Positions 62,251-64,000 of a DNA stretch of 64,000 bases are shown here, one piece after another. The stretch is from Octopus sinensis (Eukaryota): contig NC_042999.1 of the NCBI RefSeq assembly GCF_006345805.1, positions 42,284,001 to 42,348,000 of the forward strand, in the 5' to 3' direction. Made by a program: the position numbers and the translations under genes. Below the pieces are notes generated by a model. The model had not been told where the DNA came from and ran no database searches. It was given only the letters and a program-made list of their open reading frames with translations. Each line of letters begins with the position of its first letter. Position 1 is the stretch's first letter.

Positions 62251-62428
62251 TCATACATACATACATACATACAAGACTTCCGAGTGGGGTGGAATTTTGC
62301 AAAGTAGAACAAGATTGCCTATGAACCCAATCTGGGAAAAGTCAGGTGTTCACAAGTGCCCTCTTTGGTTCTCCAGTCCTCAGGCCGATTAATTGGCTGA
62401 ATTCCACTCTAATATATATCCTGCATGT

Positions 62429-62811
62429 GGAGGCGCAATGGCCCAGTGGTTAGGGCAGCAGACTCGCGGTCATAGGATCGCGGTTTCGATTTCCAGACCG
62501 GGCGTTGTGAGTGTTTATTGAGCGAAAACACCTAAAGCTCCACGCGGCTCCGGCAGGGGATGGTGGTGATCCCTTGCTGTACTCTTTCACCCCAACTTTC
62601 TCTCACTCTTACTTCCTGTTTCTGTTGTACCTGTATTTCAAAGGGCCTGCCTTGTCACTCTCTGTGTCACGCTGAATATCCCCGAGAACTACGTTAAGGG
62701 TACACGTGTCTGTGGAGTGCTCAACCACTTACACGTTAATTTCACGAGCAGGCTGTTCCGTTGATTCGGATCAACCGGAACCCTCGTCGTCGTAACCGAC
62801 GGAGTGCTTCC
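62429..62811 (+). mobile_element. SINE-D1 with tail 1
   Basis: Full length; 11-bp TSD ATATCCTGCAT (62416-62426, 62812-62822). Confidence 0.92.
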
Positions 62812-62937
62812 ATATCCTGCATACAGATTCTCTCCAACTTACGATTGTTTGGGTCACGATTTTTTGATGCCACCATACATTCCGATGCATGTTTTGTTGC
62901 TTTCCTTTCGCCGCATCGTTTCGTGTCGTTCGTTTCA

Positions 62938-62939
<2 letters not shown>

Positions 62940-62984
<45 letters not shown>

Positions 62985-63116
62985 ATGCGTGTGAGTGTTT
63001 GTGTGTGTGTGTGCATGCGTGTGTGTGTTGTGTGTGCATGCGTGTGTGTGTTTGTGTGTGTGCATGCGTGTGTGTGTGTGTGTGTGTGCATGCGTGTGTG
63101 TGTTTGTGTGTGTGCA

Positions 63117-63148
<32 letters not shown>

Positions 63149-63246
63149 CATGCGTGTGTGTGTTTGTGTGTGTGTGTGTGTGCATGCGTGTGTGTGCTTG
63201 GGTGTGTGTGTGTGTGTGTGGTGTGTGCATGCGTGTGTGTGTTTGT

Positions 63247-63299
<53 letters not shown>

Positions 63300-63300
63300 T
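62940..63300. repeat. (TG)n tract with periodic CATGC/TT interruptions
   Basis: Direct reading. Confidence 0.95.
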
Positions 63301-63569
63301 GCACGCGCTAACTCTGAATATTAACTCTAAACATGCCTAACAAGCGTACGAATGTCTCCTGTTGAGAATGAAAAAACAATAAAAAAAAAAGCAATTATTT
63401 GGGAACAATATTAAGAATAATAACCCAGCATGAAGGCGAAAAATCTCACTGCTAATACATGATTTCAATGTGTTCCACTCGACAATTTTTACCATCTTAA
63501 AGATTAAGCACCATATTAGTGAAGTGATGTAGTGAAAGTATCTGGGATCCATTAAATCTACAATCATCG

Positions 63570-63830
63570 CCAAAATGAAATTAAAAAAAGATTTAGGATA
63601 GGAGAAAATGGAAAGGTTATTGGTTACACGGATGGAGGACCAAATTCTAAAAAAAATGTAATACCGCTCAATCTTTTAACTAAAAATGCTAAAGCAGAGA
63701 GTTTGTCTTGAAGCAGTGGAAGAACGTATCAACGATGCCACTAACACACAAACTTTTGTAGTAAGTCATGGATGGTGTGAGCATTTCAAAAAGTGTCATA
63801 ATTCCTACAATGTAATGGCTGTATTGATGA
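63570..63830 (+). pseudogene. Tigger/pogo-like transposase fossil (CENP-B HTH region)
   Basis: MERLLVTRMEDQI..VIPLNLL..AKAESL and FVVSHGWCEHFKKCH resemble the Tigger ME.LL..W..DQ / F.AS.GW...FKKR motifs. Confidence 0.6.
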
Positions 63831-63884
63831 ACTTTCAGCTACGTTTTAAGAAAGACTGCATAATAATAATAATAATAATCTTTT

Positions 63885-64000
63885 CCAATAAAGGCACAAG
63901 GCCTGAAGCTTGCGGGGAGGACACTAGTCGATTACATCGACCCCCGAAAGGATGAAAGGCAAAATCGACCTCGGCGGAATTTGAACTCAGAACCGATTTA
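63885..64000 (-). mobile_element. SINE-C right-type monomer, cut by window end
   Basis: GGCACAAGGCC...GTCGATTACATCGACCCC.GAAAGGATGAAAGGC. Confidence 0.8.

Overview
AT-rich, microsatellite-dense animal genomic DNA. The SINE families and repeat landscape look like a coleoid cephalopod, most likely Octopus (inference from recognition, not a database search). No host protein-coding gene can be identified with confidence, and nearly all ORFs in the supplied track are translations of microsatellites. The window is dominated by mobile DNA: (i) a near-intact R4/Dong-clade non-LTR retrotransposon (RT + CCHC + RLE endonuclease, 23626-27629, minus) inside a (TAA)n tract, plus two older R4-clade fossils; (ii) a 4-kb Tx1/L1-clade LINE (APE + RT, 36703-40775, minus) inside a (GATA)n tract, with a second short 3' copy at a GATA tract; (iii) Tc1 (DD34E-type), maT (DD37D) and Tigger-like DNA transposon remnants and two non-autonomous Helitrons; (iv) about 40 tRNA-derived SINE copies from several modular families (working labels SINE-A, -C, -D1, -D2); (v) Penelope-type termini carrying minimal hammerhead-ribozyme-like motifs; (vi) a degenerate tRNA-Asp. 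Main observations: microsatellite targeting by different retroelements, a SINE whose 3' tail matches the Tx1 LINE and which moves as dimers/trimers, four hammerhead-like motifs, and a low-confidence minus-strand multi-exon transcript starting at a TATA/CTCF-like promoter near 46.3 kb. One 100-N assembly gap is present.
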